From assembly GCA_000092065.1 (NCBI GenBank), contig CP000583.1: 64,000 bases of DNA, one strand, 5' to 3'. Below are positions 49,210 through 58,511 of the stretch, piece by piece (position 1 is the stretch's first letter; each line of letters starts with the position of its first letter). The position numbers and the translations under genes are program-made. The stretch comes from Ostreococcus lucimarinus (lineage: Eukaryota). The notes below the pieces were generated by a model. It was not told the DNA's origin, made no database searches, and saw only the letters and a program-made list of their open reading frames with translations.

Positions 49210-50292
49210 ATGGCGATTCAGACGCCGCGCGCGACGTCGGCGTCGCGCGCGCGAACGACGTTCGCGATCGGGCGAATCTTAAACGTGCACGCGCTGTACG
49301 AGTGGTTCGTCGCGCTGTTCCTGCGCTTCGTCACTCCTGGATGCCCGCGAGGGTTACCGAAGCTCGATCACGTGCGCGCGGTGTCGCGGCGGGTGACCCG
49401 CGTGCTCGGGCTGAATCCGAGCGCGTTGACACTGCAGGGGACGAATACGTACCTCGTGGGCACGGGACGCGAACGCGTGTTGATCGATTGCGGCGAAGGA
49501 CGGCGTGGGTACGCGAAAAATGTGATCGAGGCGATGCGTGCGAGCGGGTGTGAGCGCTTGAAGTGCGTGTTGCTGACGCATTGGCATCCGGATCACGTCG
49601 GCGGGTTGCGCGGGCTTCGCAAAGCGTTGGGCGAAAACGTGCCGGCGTATAAACGAATTCGTACGAGTAAGGGGGAGTACGACGCGCGCGAGGGGATGGT
49701 GAGCCCGTATAATGTTCGGGCGTATGTAGATATACAAGATGGAGACGTCATCGCGGTGCCCGGAGCGACGCTTCGAGCAATATACACCCCGGGGCACACG
49801 ACGGATCACATGTGCTTCGCGTTTGAGGAGGAGGGGGCAGTTTTCGCAGGTGATTGCGTTTTAAACGGGTCCACGAGCGATTTCGAGGACTTAACGATGT
49901 ATTCATCATCACTCACGACGATCAAGGACGAGTTGGAGTCTTTCAAGCGACGCGGAGTGCAGGAGAATGGATCGAACAGACTGTACCCGTCGCACGGCGA
50001 CGTCATCGAGGACGGCGCAAAGAAAATCGACGCCTACATCAATCACCGCGTTAGTCGAGAGACAATCTTACTGAACACCCTTCGCGAGCATCGTGAGTAT
50101 GGGATGACGGCGTGGGAGCTCACGCGCGCGGTGTACGCATCCCTCGTCTCCTTCGTCGTTCTCTACACGTCGTGTGTGAAAATCACACGACAACACATCG
50201 AAAAGATGATCAACGACGGCGTCGTGCGCGAGCGACGAGAAAAGGGAACGCTATGGGGCGAAGTCGTGCGTTATCACGCCGTAGATTCCTAG
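49210..50292 (+). CDS. LACTB2: LACTB2-type metallo-beta-lactamase-fold protein (endoribonuclease LACTB2-like)
   Basis: ORF 48691..50292. Its first 173 codons are P/R-rich and overlap the divergent gene. From the ATG at 49210 it reads ...[40 protein letters not shown]...[20 protein letters not shown]...[54 protein letters not shown]...[33 protein letters not shown]. This is near-collinear with human LACTB2 ([25 protein letters not shown]...VVTHWHRDHSGG...YTPGHTDDHMAL). Confidence 0.85.
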   Translation: [360 protein letters not shown]

Positions 50293-50306
50293 TGTTGGGT
50301 TTCGTT

Positions 50307-50311
50307 TGTAA
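50307..50311 (+). terminator. TGTAA poly(A)-signal motif 15 nt after the LACTB2 stop
   Basis: The sequence TAGtgttgggtttcgttTGTAAcaac. Confidence 0.35.
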
Positions 50312-50321
50312 CAACACCTAA

Positions 50322-50360
50322 CTACGCTACGCTACGCTACGCTACGCTACGCTACGCTAC
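50322..50360. repeat. (CTACG)n pentanucleotide microsatellite, about 7 copies
   Basis: The sequence ctacgctacgctacgctacgctacgctacgctacgctac lies in the 59-bp gap between the convergent LACTB2 stop (50292) and SprT-like stop (50352), so it sits in both 3' UTRs. Confidence 0.85.
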
Positions 50361-51077
50361 AACGTCGCTCGAGTTCGCCGCTCGAGCCTCCTCCGCGACG
50401 GTCAAATCGTACATCTCAAACGCATCTAAAACCACCCCGCTCTCTTCATCCTTGAACACCGTACGATTTCCATTCACCGGCGCATCCCAGACGTTTCTCT
50501 CGAACAAAAGCTCCGGCAACACGTCTCGCCCTCGTCCGCGCAACGCTTCCTCGGCGTCGCATTTCGCCCACATCAACTGCACGCTCGGCCTGCTGTAAAA
50601 CGCCCCCGTCGTCGCCTTGCGCCACGCCTCCGGCACGTCCAACGCATCGCACGCATCCTTAAACGCTCTTCCGTGATCTACGCCCGCCACGCCTGCCACC
50701 GCGTGCGCGAGCTCGTGCCGCACGCACCCGACGACGTTCTCGAACGCCGGGTCCAGCATGACGTACTTGGATAAAAACACGTCTCCGCGTTCGCCTCCGT
50801 CGCGTTCATCGTCGTACAGGTAGGTGATGCCGACGTAACTCTTGCACTTGTGCCAGCCGACGCGAAAGCGCGCGGGATCGAGCTCGGCGCGCGCGATCTC
50901 CAGCGCGCAGAGCTCGTTGGTGAGCGGCCAACGAAGGCTCAAGTCGTAGGACGAGCGCGCCCACGCGCGTTCGATGTCCGCGAGCGAGCGCGCGGCGTCG
51001 GCGACGGTGGCGCGACGCGCGGCGTGTTTGCGCGGCGCGAGCGCGCGCGCGGGTCGAGGCGCGGTGGCGGCGCGCAT
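50352..51077 (-). CDS. SprT-like zinc metalloprotease-domain protein (HExxH)
   Basis: A 241-aa ORF with a real ATG at 51077. The metalloprotease motif reads ...GITYLYDDERDGGERGDVFLSKYVMLDPAFENVVGCVRHELAHAVAGVAGVDHGRAFKDACDALDVP. Confidence 0.5.
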   Translation of the reverse strand: MRAATAPRPARALAPRKHAARRATVADAARSLADIERAWARSSYDLSLRWPLTNELCALEIARAELDPARFRVGWHKCKSYVGITYLYDDERDGGERGDVFLSKYVMLDPAFENVVGCVRHELAHAVAGVAGVDHGRAFKDACDALDVPEAWRKATTGAFYSRPSVQLMWAKCDAEEALRGRGRDVLPELLFERNVWDAPVNGNRTVFKDEESGVVLDAFEMYDLTVAEEARAANSSDVVA

Positions 51078-51104
51078 GGCGGCGAGGCGCGCTGTGCGGG
51101 CGCC

Positions 51105-51146
51105 GACGAAGTACGACGAAGTACGACGAAGTACGACAAAGTACGA
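51105..51146. repeat. (GTACGACGAA)n decanucleotide tandem repeat, about 4 copies
   Basis: The sequence gacgaa gtacgacgaa gtacgacgaa gtacgacaaa gtacgaag, directly upstream (5') of the SprT-like ATG and downstream of the RPS20 3' end. Confidence 0.8.
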
Positions 51147-51310
51147 AGCCGTTCACGAAAGTGCGCGTCGTGCAGATTACAATAACCTCTCTCCTCTAAG
51201 AAGACGCACGAACGATGCCGTTCGCTCATTGTAACGAGCGATATCGTTCGCGCGCGCGATGCGCGGTGTCGTCGACGACGCAAACGTCTCGCGAGCGAGA
51301 GACGCGTCGC

Positions 51311-51688
51311 CTAGTTGTCGACGATCGTCACCTCAACCTCCACGCCCGGTTCGATGGAGATTGACGTGATTTGCTTCACCACGTCCGCCGGCGAGTGCAA
51401 GTCGATCAAACGCTTGTGGATGCGCATTTGAAAGCGATCCCAAGTGTTCGTACCTTCCCCGCACGGCGACTTGCGCACGGTGAGCTTCAAAACCTTCGTC
51501 GGCATGCGCACCGGGCCCTTCACCTTCAACCGCTTATCCTTCGCCCCGCGAATGAGATCCGCGCACACCTTCTCGAGGTTCTTCACGTTACGAGACGTGA
51601 GCGTGATGCGAATGCGGTGCATCTGCTGCGTCGACTCTTCAGTCTTCGCGGCGGGCGCCTTGTACGGCGCGGCGGCGGCGGCGGACAT
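51311..51688 (-). CDS. RPS20: 40S ribosomal protein S20 (uS10)
   Basis: ORF 51311..52027, trimmed to the ATG at 51688. It reads [125 protein letters not shown]. This is essentially collinear with animal, plant and fungal RPS20. The upstream part of the ORF is R/D-rich junk. Confidence 0.92.
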   Translation of the reverse strand: MSAAAAAPYKAPAAKTEESTQQMHRIRITLTSRNVKNLEKVCADLIRGAKDKRLKVKGPVRMPTKVLKLTVRKSPCGEGTNTWDRFQMRIHKRLIDLHSPADVVKQITSISIEPGVEVEVTIVDN

Positions 51689-52284
51689 CTTCCTGCGCGT
51701 CCAGAAATCGCGTCCTACGTCAGTCATTATTCTCCCACTCGATTCCCATCGCGCGCGCGCCCTTCGTCCCATCGCGCGCGTCGTCGTCGTCCCATCCATC
51801 CATCCGCCCCGCGTTCTAGGGCTTTCGCCCCGATCGCGTCTCGCGCCGCCCCCCCTCGCGCGCGCGTCTCCCGCGTCTCCGCGCGCGTCGTCCTCGTCGT
51901 CGCGTTCGCACCTCTCGCGTTCTCGCGCGTTGGGTCCGAGTCGACGATCCGCTTCGGTGGATCTCGTCACTGAGACTGACGCGCGCGCCGTCGCGCGCGC
52001 GCGCGTCGCGCGCGCGTTGCGAATCACACCGCGCGCGGCGCCGATATCGCGTCGATCGCGCGTCCGTCGCGTCGATCGACGGTCGAGGGTTCGATTTTCG
52101 CTATCGAACCTTGACGCGTCGATCGACGCGTCGATCGCGCGATCGATCGCGCGTCGATCGCGTCGCCGTCGTTATCCAAAACGCCGATCTCGACGACGCG
52201 CGACGCGCGCGACGCGGCACACACCGACGCCGCGCGCCGCGCGACGACGTCGAACGAACGCAGGGCGGAGGAATCACGCGCACG

Positions 52285-53715
52285 ATGGCGTCGACGCACG
52301 CGTGCGCGTCGCGATTGACGGCGAGACGCGCGGGGAGTTTGAATGGTAAGGTTTTGCGGGCGCGCGCGACGGGCGGGGCGCGCGCGCGACGGGCGTGCGA
52401 GGCGAGGGCGGAGATCAAGGAGATCTTCATGCCGGCGCTGTCGTCGACGATGACGGAGGGGAAGATCGTGAGCTGGTTGATGGGCGAGGGGGACGCGATC
52501 GGGAAGGGGGACGCGGTCGTGGTCGTGGAGAGCGACAAGGCGGACATGGACGTGGAGTCGTTCGTGGATGGAATCATCGCGCACATCGCGGTCGGGGACG
52601 GGGAGGTGGCGACCGTGGGAGCGCCGATCGCGTACGTCGTCGATAGCGAGAGCGAGATCGAGGAGGCGAAGGCGAAGGCGGGCGGCGCGCCGGCGCCGGC
52701 GCCGGCCGCGCCGGCGGCCGCGGCGCCCGCGCCGGCGCCGGCGCCGGCGGCGCCCGCGCCGGCGGCGGCGGCGGCGGCGCCTGCACCGGCGGCGCCGGCG
52801 GCGCCGGCCGCGCCGGTGGCTTCCGGTCGCGTCGTCGCGACGCCGTACGCGAAGAAGCTCGCGAAGAAGCACAAGGTTGACCTCAAGACGCTCGCCGGTA
52901 CGGGCTTGAATGGCCGCATCACCGCGGTGGACATCGAGAACGCCGCGGGCTTGCCGCCGACGCCGAAGGCTGGCGCCGCGCCTGCCCCGGCAGCGGCCGC
53001 GGCCGCCGCACCGAAGAAGGCGGCCGCCGTCGCGCCTCCGGCGCCCGCCGGCACCGTCGTGCCGCTCTCGGGCATGCAAGCCGCCGTCGCGAAGAACATG
53101 TTGCCGTCTCTCTCAGTTCCGGTCTCCCGCATCGCGATGAGCATCTGCACCGACGAGTTCGACAAGTTGTACGCCACTCTCAAGCCGAAGGGTGTGACGA
53201 TGACCGCCTTGCTCACCAAGGCTGTCGGCGTCGCGCTCGCGCAGCACCCGATCATGTACTCCACCTACCACGACGGTAAGGGCATCGTGTACAACGACAA
53301 GGTGAACATCGCCGTCGCCGTTGCGCTCGATGATGGTTTGATCACGCCAGTCTTGAACGACACCGCCAACACCGATGTCTACCAACTCGGCCGCGAATGG
53401 AGCGGGCTCGTGAAGAAGGCGCGCAGCACTGGCTTGTCCCCGGCTGACTACGCCGGCGGTAACTTCACCATCTCCAACCTCGGCATGTTCGGCGTCGACC
53501 AATTCGACGCCATTCTCCCACCGAACCAAACCGCGATCCTGGCCGTCGGCTCTTCCAAGAAGACCGTCGTCCCGGTTGGTGGCATGATTGGCGTCAAGAG
53601 CTTCATGACGGTCAACATCGTCGCCGACCACCGTCACGTCAACGGTAACGTCGCGGCTGACTTCGGCAAGACTTTGCGCGAAGTGATCGAAAACCCTAGC
53701 AACCTGACGCTTTAA
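52285..53715 (+). CDS. Dihydrolipoamide acetyltransferase, E2 of the (plastid-type) pyruvate dehydrogenase complex
   Basis: ORF 52111..53715. The listed start is a TTG, and the ATG at 52285 begins MASTHACASRLTARRAGS.., a transit-like leader. The lipoyl domain reads EIFMPALSSTMTEGKIVSWLMGEGDAIGKGDAVVVVESDKADMDVESF. An A/P-rich linker follows. The E3-binding domain reads ATPYAKKLAKKHKVDLKTLAGTGLNGRITAVDIE. The catalytic domain reads ...LSGMQAAVAKNM...NIVADHRHVNGNVAADFGKTLREVIENP. Minus-strand ORFs 52024..53079 and 52101..53264 are its shadows. Confidence 0.9.
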   Translation: MASTHACASRLTARRAGSLNGKVLRARATGGARARRACEARAEIKEIFMPALSSTMTEGKIVSWLMGEGDAIGKGDAVVVVESDKADMDVESFVDGIIAHIAVGDGEVATVGAPIAYVVDSESEIEEAKAKAGGAPAPAPAAPAAAAPAPAPAPAAPAPAAAAAAPAPAAPAAPAAPVASGRVVATPYAKKLAKKHKVDLKTLAGTGLNGRITAVDIENAAGLPPTPKAGAAPAPAAAAAAAPKKAAAVAPPAPAGTVVPLSGMQAAVAKNMLPSLSVPVSRIAMSICTDEFDKLYATLKPKGVTMTALLTKAVGVALAQHPIMYSTYHDGKGIVYNDKVNIAVAVALDDGLITPVLNDTANTDVYQLGREWSGLVKKARSTGLSPADYAGGNFTISNLGMFGVDQFDAILPPNQTAILAVGSSKKTVVPVGGMIGVKSFMTVNIVADHRHVNGNVAADFGKTLREVIENPSNLTL

Positions 53716-53847
53716 GTCGAAACTTTGGTGTTAGTAGGGCGTAGCGAGGTGATTCATTAATACACAATTTCGTTTGTATTCAACTTTTTAGACGCGTTCA
53801 ATCAAATGCGGCACAATTTTCGCGGATTGCGAGCGACCCTAGTATAT

Positions 53848-54814
53848 TTAAAGCTGCGAGGACGACCAAGACTTGGCGACGGCATCGAGAAGGCGTTCGT
53901 GAAGTGCGCTAGATGCGGCGATGATACCGCGATCCAACCCTTCGATGTAACGCCCGCCGGCAAAATTGAGCGGCGCGCCACCAGCGTCAGACACCCGACC
54001 ACCCGCCTCCTCGACGAGAATCACGCCCGCGGCGTGATCCCAAATCTTTTCTCTGTACCCAGCCTTGGGAAACTTCATGAAAACGTCTGCATCGGCTCGC
54101 GCCACAGAGCCGTACTTGACTTGAGAATAAATGCGCAACGGTTTGCACTCGATACCGAGGTTGGTTGCCACCGCCGCCGTGAAACCCTGAGACGAGTTCG
54201 CCTTCATCACCGGCTCGGTGAATTTGGCTTTTTGGGGATCGAAAGCACCGCTGACCGTCACCTTACTCGGTTCAAAGTTTAGCTCCTCGTCAACAGGGAA
54301 CATGTATGACCCATGGCCGCGCACGGCGGTGAAAATACAGCCCTTGTACCAACCGAGCGAGTCGCCTGCGAGCATCTTTGACACCAACCTCGGCGAAAAG
54401 CCGTAACTGTAACTCGTCTCAAATTCCAATACGTCTCCTTGCTTGGGCATGTTCGGGCACCCCATGACCCCAACCTTCAAATCGCCTTCGTCCATCAGCG
54501 CCAGCGCGATGGCGTACTGATCACCTCGCACGAAACCGAGCGTCCCGTCCACCGGATCCAAAATCCAATGCTTGCCCTTTGCCCCGCCCGTACTCTTTCC
54601 TTTATTGATCGCGCTCACCACGTCTTGCGAGCTCAATTCCACGGCATCATCCCCAATGTGAGTCTTCAACGTCTTATTCACCAACGCCACGATCTTCGCC
54701 AGCGTCGCGGCGCCGCCTTCGCCGCCTTCGGTGAGCGCCTCGGCGTCCTCCTCGCCGACGAGCGTCATATCCGGAAAGTCTTGCGAGATTCGCCTGTTCG
54801 TCATCCGCGTCGCG
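53848..54814 (-). CDS. SAL1: 3'(2'),5'-bisphosphate nucleotidase / inositol monophosphatase family (SAL1/HAL2-like), exon 2
   Basis: ORF 53848..54804, extended 10 nt to the acceptor. It reads ...ISQDFPDMTLVGEEDAEAL...KGKHWILDPVDGTLGFVRGDQYAIALALMDEGDLKVGVMGCPNM...RIYSQVKYGSVARADADVFMKFPKAGYREKIWDHAAGVILVEEAGGRVSDAGGAPLNF...GIIAAS. Alone it lacks the conserved N-terminal ~50 residues of SAL1. Confidence 0.8.
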
Positions 54815-54907
54815 CTTTTCGTCAGTCTCCGCGCCCGATCGCGACTTAGAAATGTTTACGCGTCCATCGTCGCCGCGATCGCCATCGTCGCTCGCCATCG
54901 CGCGTAC
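54815..54907 (-). other. Spliceosomal intron of the SAL1-like gene (93 nt; GTACGC donor, CTGAC branch point 8 nt before the AAAAG acceptor)
   Basis: In minus-sense the intron reads GTACGCGCGATGG...GGAGACTGACGAAAAG. Exon 1 ends in phase 2 (TG) and exon 2 begins with C, giving a Cys codon and then ATRMTNRRISQDF. The phase-2 donor and acceptor pair was chosen by frame and by alignment to SAL1, and is not proven. Confidence 0.6.
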
Positions 54908-55230
54908 CACACGATTATTGCCTGCGCCGCGTAGTCGGCGAGCGTCACGAGCGATCGATCCTCCTTCGTCTCCGCCTGTTCGTCCATGCGCATCAGCTGC
55001 GCCTGCACCTCCTGACACAGCGTGCTCGCCAAACGAACGGCGTCGAGCGCGGTCTCGAGCTCGCGGGCGTAGGCGCCGCCGTCGATGCCGAGCGACGCCG
55101 CGGTGTCGGACGCCGACGCCGCCGCGCGCGAGCGACGGGAAAGCGTCGAGCGCGCGCGATCGCGCTGGATTCGGGACGCGCGCGCGGGCGCGTGGGTCGC
55201 GCGCGATGCGCGGGCGGCGGTGGTCGACAT
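54908..55230 (-). CDS. SAL1: SAL1-like bisphosphate nucleotidase, exon 1 (transit-like leader plus conserved N-terminal helix)
   Basis: ORF 54856..55230 with a real ATG at 55230. It reads ...YARELETALDAVRLASTLCQEVQAQLMRMDEQAETKEDRSLVTLADYAAQAIIV. This aligns to the plant SAL1 N-terminus (YEKELDAAKKAASLAARLCQKVQKALLQS...SPVTVADYGSQAVVSLVL). Confidence 0.65.
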
Positions 55231-55312
55231 CGGGGCCGACGAGCGAGCGCGCGCGGGCGTGTGCGGGGCGAGAAAGCAGGGGTAGGTTTGTCGCGCGCTT
55301 TATCGTACACGT

Positions 55313-55993
55313 CTACGCCGGTTGCTCGGAACGAGGCGGGCTCTCCTCGTCGAAGCACACCCTGATCGACACGCCCTTGGCGTCTAAATCCCACGCCATG
55401 GTGTAACACGCGGCCACTAAGGCGAGCACGGCGAGCCACTCGCAAAAACCTATGAGCGAATACGCCGTCCGGCTCTCGTCCTTGCCCACGAGCGCCGAGA
55501 GCGCGGTGAATCCGCCGACGCCCAATCCCGCGAACGCCAATCCCGCGACTTTCGCGCGCATGCTGAATCGACTCACCGCGTCTTCGTGTTTTCTCAACTG
55601 CGCGACGACGCACGCGAGCCATATCCACAGCGCGAACAAGAATCCAAACGCCGCCGTCACGTGCGCGCCGAACGATTCCCCATAGTTTATCGCCGCCGTC
55701 AGCGCCAAGCATATCGCCGCCACGTACCCCACTCGCGCGCTCCTTCGCCCGTGCGCGCGCCATCGCGCATCGCTCGTCGCGTATCGATCCAAATATACCT
55801 TCACGACCGCCACCATGAAGAACAGCACCCACGACGCGAATCCCAGCGCGAATTCGCTCACCGCGCTCTGCGGCGTCCCCGTGAACGTCTCGGAGATGAT
55901 CGGGAACACGTTCGTCGCGATCGCGCTCTGCGACGTCGCGAACGCGTAGGTGGTGACGATGCACGCCACCGTGCTCGCGCACGCGACGCGCAC
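55313..55993 (-). CDS. Hypothetical multi-pass membrane protein (5-6 hydrophobic segments); start unresolved
   Basis: A 226-aa ORF whose listed start is a GTG. The first in-frame ATG is at 55816, inside a hydrophobic segment. The N-terminus may lie on an upstream exon. Its composition (F/W/Y/I codons ending in A or T) is unlike the GC-rich shadow ORFs. It sits 82 bp downstream of the SAL1-like ATG on the same strand. Confidence 0.4.
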   Translation of the reverse strand: MRVACASTVACIVTTYAFATSQSAIATNVFPIISETFTGTPQSAVSEFALGFASWVLFFMVAVVKVYLDRYATSDARWRAHGRRSARVGYVAAICLALTAAINYGESFGAHVTAAFGFLFALWIWLACVVAQLRKHEDAVSRFSMRAKVAGLAFAGLGVGGFTALSALVGKDESRTAYSLIGFCEWLAVLALVAACYTMAWDLDAKGVSIRVCFDEESPPRSEQPA

Positions 55994-56614
55994 GAGCGCG
56001 CTCGCGGAGATCTGGTCGTCGAAAGTCGCGCTCGGTCAGCGCCTCGTCGTCGCCTCGTCGGCGCGCGTCCGCGCGTCGCGCGCGCGCGCCTCGACGCGTC
56101 GCGCCGCGGGGCGTCGCGGAGGGCGTCGCGTCGCGCGCGCCGTCGCACCTCGTCGCCGGACGCCGCGCCGGGCGCCATCGCGCGTCGTCGTCTGTCGCGC
56201 GCGTTTCGCGACGCACTGCGCGACGCGCGTCGGGCATGGAGCCGCGCGCGCGCGGCGCGGCGGCGCGGCGGGGGAAGGCCAAGGTGCGCCGCGACGAGAC
56301 GCGCGACGCGCGACGCGCGACGCGCGCGACGAGGGCGCGCGCGACTGATTTCGATTTGATTCGCGACGCAACAGCTCGACGCATTTCGCGCGCGGGAACG
56401 CGGCGACGCGCGCGCGGACGCGTCGAACGATGGACGACGGACGATTGACTTGGCGCGCGCGACGCGCGACGGCGCGCGCGACGCGCGAAGCTCGAGCGAC
56501 GGCGCGGTGGACGCGACGACGACGGCGACGGCGACGACGGCGGCGGCGGCGGCGCGCGCGACGGACGACGCGAGCGAAGACGCGAGCGAAGACGCGCGGG
56601 ATGAGTTCGAGGAA

Positions 56615-58165
56615 ATGCGAGGGGTGCTCGAGCGCGCGCGAGCGGAGGCGCGTCGGGCGCGAGAGGAGACGGCGATGGTGAAGGCGGAGCTCGCGGTGCT
56701 GAGGCGGAGCGCGAAGGAGGCGAAAATGTCGGCGGACGCGGCGAAGGGCGCGGCGGACGAAGCGAGCGGGAGTCGAGCGGTGTTGGAGGCGCGCGCGGTG
56801 GAGGCGGAAGAGGCGCGAGAGAGAGCGGAGAAGGCGCTCGATGCGGCGGAGACGGAGGCGAGGGAGGCGCGACTCGCGCTGGACGCGGCGCTCGCCGAGT
56901 CGGAGGAAGCGAGAGCGGCGCGGGCGGACGTAGAACGACGATTAGAGGTCGCCACCGCGCGAGCGACGGACGAGGAGCGAGAAAAGTCACGTTTCGATGA
57001 AATTATTCGCGAACGCGACGCGGCGCTGCGCGCGAGCGAGACCGCGAACGCGAGATCGCGAAGTTTAGAATCCGCGTTGGCGGAGTCGCGCGAGGAGCAG
57101 CTTCGCGCCGAGGAGGAAGCTATGCAGCTTCGGCGAGATTTAGACGAGAGCCGCGAGGAGCGACGACGCGCTCGCAGTGACGGCGCAATTTCGGCCGTGA
57201 ACGACGACGGGACGAGCGCGGGCGACGTGGACCGGCGAAGGGGGCAATTTGTCGCCGACGAGGACATCGCGGCGCAGCAGGAGGAAAAGTACGCCTTGCT
57301 CGCCGAGTTACAAACGGAACGTCGCCGTCGCATCGAAGTCGAGGCCGAGCTCGAGGACGTGATTAACACGCAAAATGATATGAATGCGCGCGCGGAAACC
57401 GCATCGCGCATCGCCGCGGTGGCGGAAGGCGAGGCGGACGATTACCGCGCGCGCGTATCGGAGACGGAAAAGGCGACGAGGGCGGCGAAACGTTCGGCGA
57501 CGGCGTTCGAGAGCCGCGCGGTGAAGGCGGAGAGCGCCATCGCTGCCGTCAAGCTCGTTATCGGCGAATCCGAAGACGCGAAGCACAGCGACGACGAGCT
57601 GCACCTCCGCGTCCGAGCGTACGTCGATCGCAAGACGCGGCGGGCGGACGCCGCGCTCGCCGACGCCCTGGAAGAGGCCCAACTTTTGCGCTCAAAGGCG
57701 AAACAGATGGGTGAATCCCGCGTCACCGACGCCGCGAGCGTCGACGACCGCGTGCTCAAACTCGCGGAAGTTCGCGACAAGCTCGTGGAAGAGATGAACG
57801 CCCAATCCGCCGAACTCGAACGCGCCGACGCCGAGATCGAGACCCGCGCCGACGCCGTCGCCGCCGCGCGCGACGAAATCACCGACCTCGAGCTCAAGCT
57901 CGCCTCTTCCAACGCTCAAAACGCGCGTCTGATCGAAATCATCGAGGAACAGGGCCGATGGTCCGCCGCCGAGCCGTCCTCGAGCGTCTCCGCGTCCTCC
58001 GCGGCGCGCGCCGCCGTCTCCGCCCCCGTCACCCCCGTCAAATTCGCGCCTCGTCGCGCCGACGTTCGCCGTCGAGACCTCGCCGCCGACGTCCTCGGCG
58101 ATCGCAAGGCGCTTCTCGCTCGCATCGAGGCGCGCTTGCTCGAGATTCACGCGCTCCAACGTTAA
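56615..58165 (+). CDS. Long coiled-coil protein (E/A/R/K-rich heptad-like repeats)
   Basis: ORF 56450..58165. The listed start is a TTG and the first in-frame ATG is at 56615 (MRGVLERARAEARRAREETAMVKAELAVLRRSAKEAKMSADAAKG...). An upstream out-of-frame ATG ORF lies at 56430..56681. Many GAA and AAG codons argue for real coding. Minus-strand ORFs 55858..57411 and 57442..57912 are shadows. Confidence 0.45.
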   Translation: MRGVLERARAEARRAREETAMVKAELAVLRRSAKEAKMSADAAKGAADEASGSRAVLEARAVEAEEARERAEKALDAAETEAREARLALDAALAESEEARAARADVERRLEVATARATDEEREKSRFDEIIRERDAALRASETANARSRSLESALAESREEQLRAEEEAMQLRRDLDESREERRRARSDGAISAVNDDGTSAGDVDRRRGQFVADEDIAAQQEEKYALLAELQTERRRRIEVEAELEDVINTQNDMNARAETASRIAAVAEGEADDYRARVSETEKATRAAKRSATAFESRAVKAESAIAAVKLVIGESEDAKHSDDELHLRVRAYVDRKTRRADAALADALEEAQLLRSKAKQMGESRVTDAASVDDRVLKLAEVRDKLVEEMNAQSAELERADAEIETRADAVAAARDEITDLELKLASSNAQNARLIEIIEEQGRWSAAEPSSSVSASSAARAAVSAPVTPVKFAPRRADVRRRDLAADVLGDRKALLARIEARLLEIHALQR

Positions 58166-58208
58166 TTCACGCGCGACCGACCGCCCACCAGCCGCCATTC
58201 GAGACGAT

Positions 58209-58511
58209 TCACCGCTCGCGCTCGAACGCGCGCTCGGCGTCCTCGTACGCCTCTCGCACGCGATCGCACACCGAGATGACGTCCAACAGCGCGTCCCGCA
58301 TCGCGCCCTGCGCCGTCGTCCCGTTCGCGCCCGTCGTCTGCACGCGCACGCGCGCCTCGCGCTTCATCGGATGCGGCACCGAGTACCCGCACAGCGCGAC
58401 GTCCGCGTTGCCGTTCAGCGCGTGTCGCAGCGCGTTCGCCAGCGTGTGGTCCTCGCCCGCGAGCGTGAAGGTGGCCTCGTTGGACGTCGCGGCGCGGCGC
58501 GGCGCCGTCAT
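58209..58511 (-). CDS. RNA polymerase Rpb11 / AC19-type dimerisation subunit
   Basis: A 100-aa ORF with a real ATG at 58511. It reads MTAPRRAATSNEATFTLAGEDHTLANALRHALNGNADVALCGYSVPHPMKREARVRVQTTGANGTTAQGAMRDALLDVISVCDRVREAYEDAERAFERER. The EDHTLGN...F.GY..PHP...IRIQT core motifs of the Rpb11/RPAC2 family are present. The N-terminus is about 20 aa shorter than typical, so an upstream exon is possible. Confidence 0.7.
   Translation of the reverse strand: MTAPRRAATSNEATFTLAGEDHTLANALRHALNGNADVALCGYSVPHPMKREARVRVQTTGANGTTAQGAMRDALLDVISVCDRVREAYEDAERAFERER

Noticed and set aside
52024-53264. Minus-strand ORFs 52024..53079 and 52101..53264
   Set aside because: They are antisense shadows of the PDC-E2 gene, whose A/P linker reads as poly-G/R/A on the other strand.
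54993-57411. Minus-strand ORFs 54993..56990 (665 aa) and 55858..57411 (517 aa)
   Set aside because: These are PR-, SA- and R-rich translations spanning three real genes (SAL1 exon 1, the membrane protein and the coiled-coil gene) in other frames or on the other strand. They are not coding.
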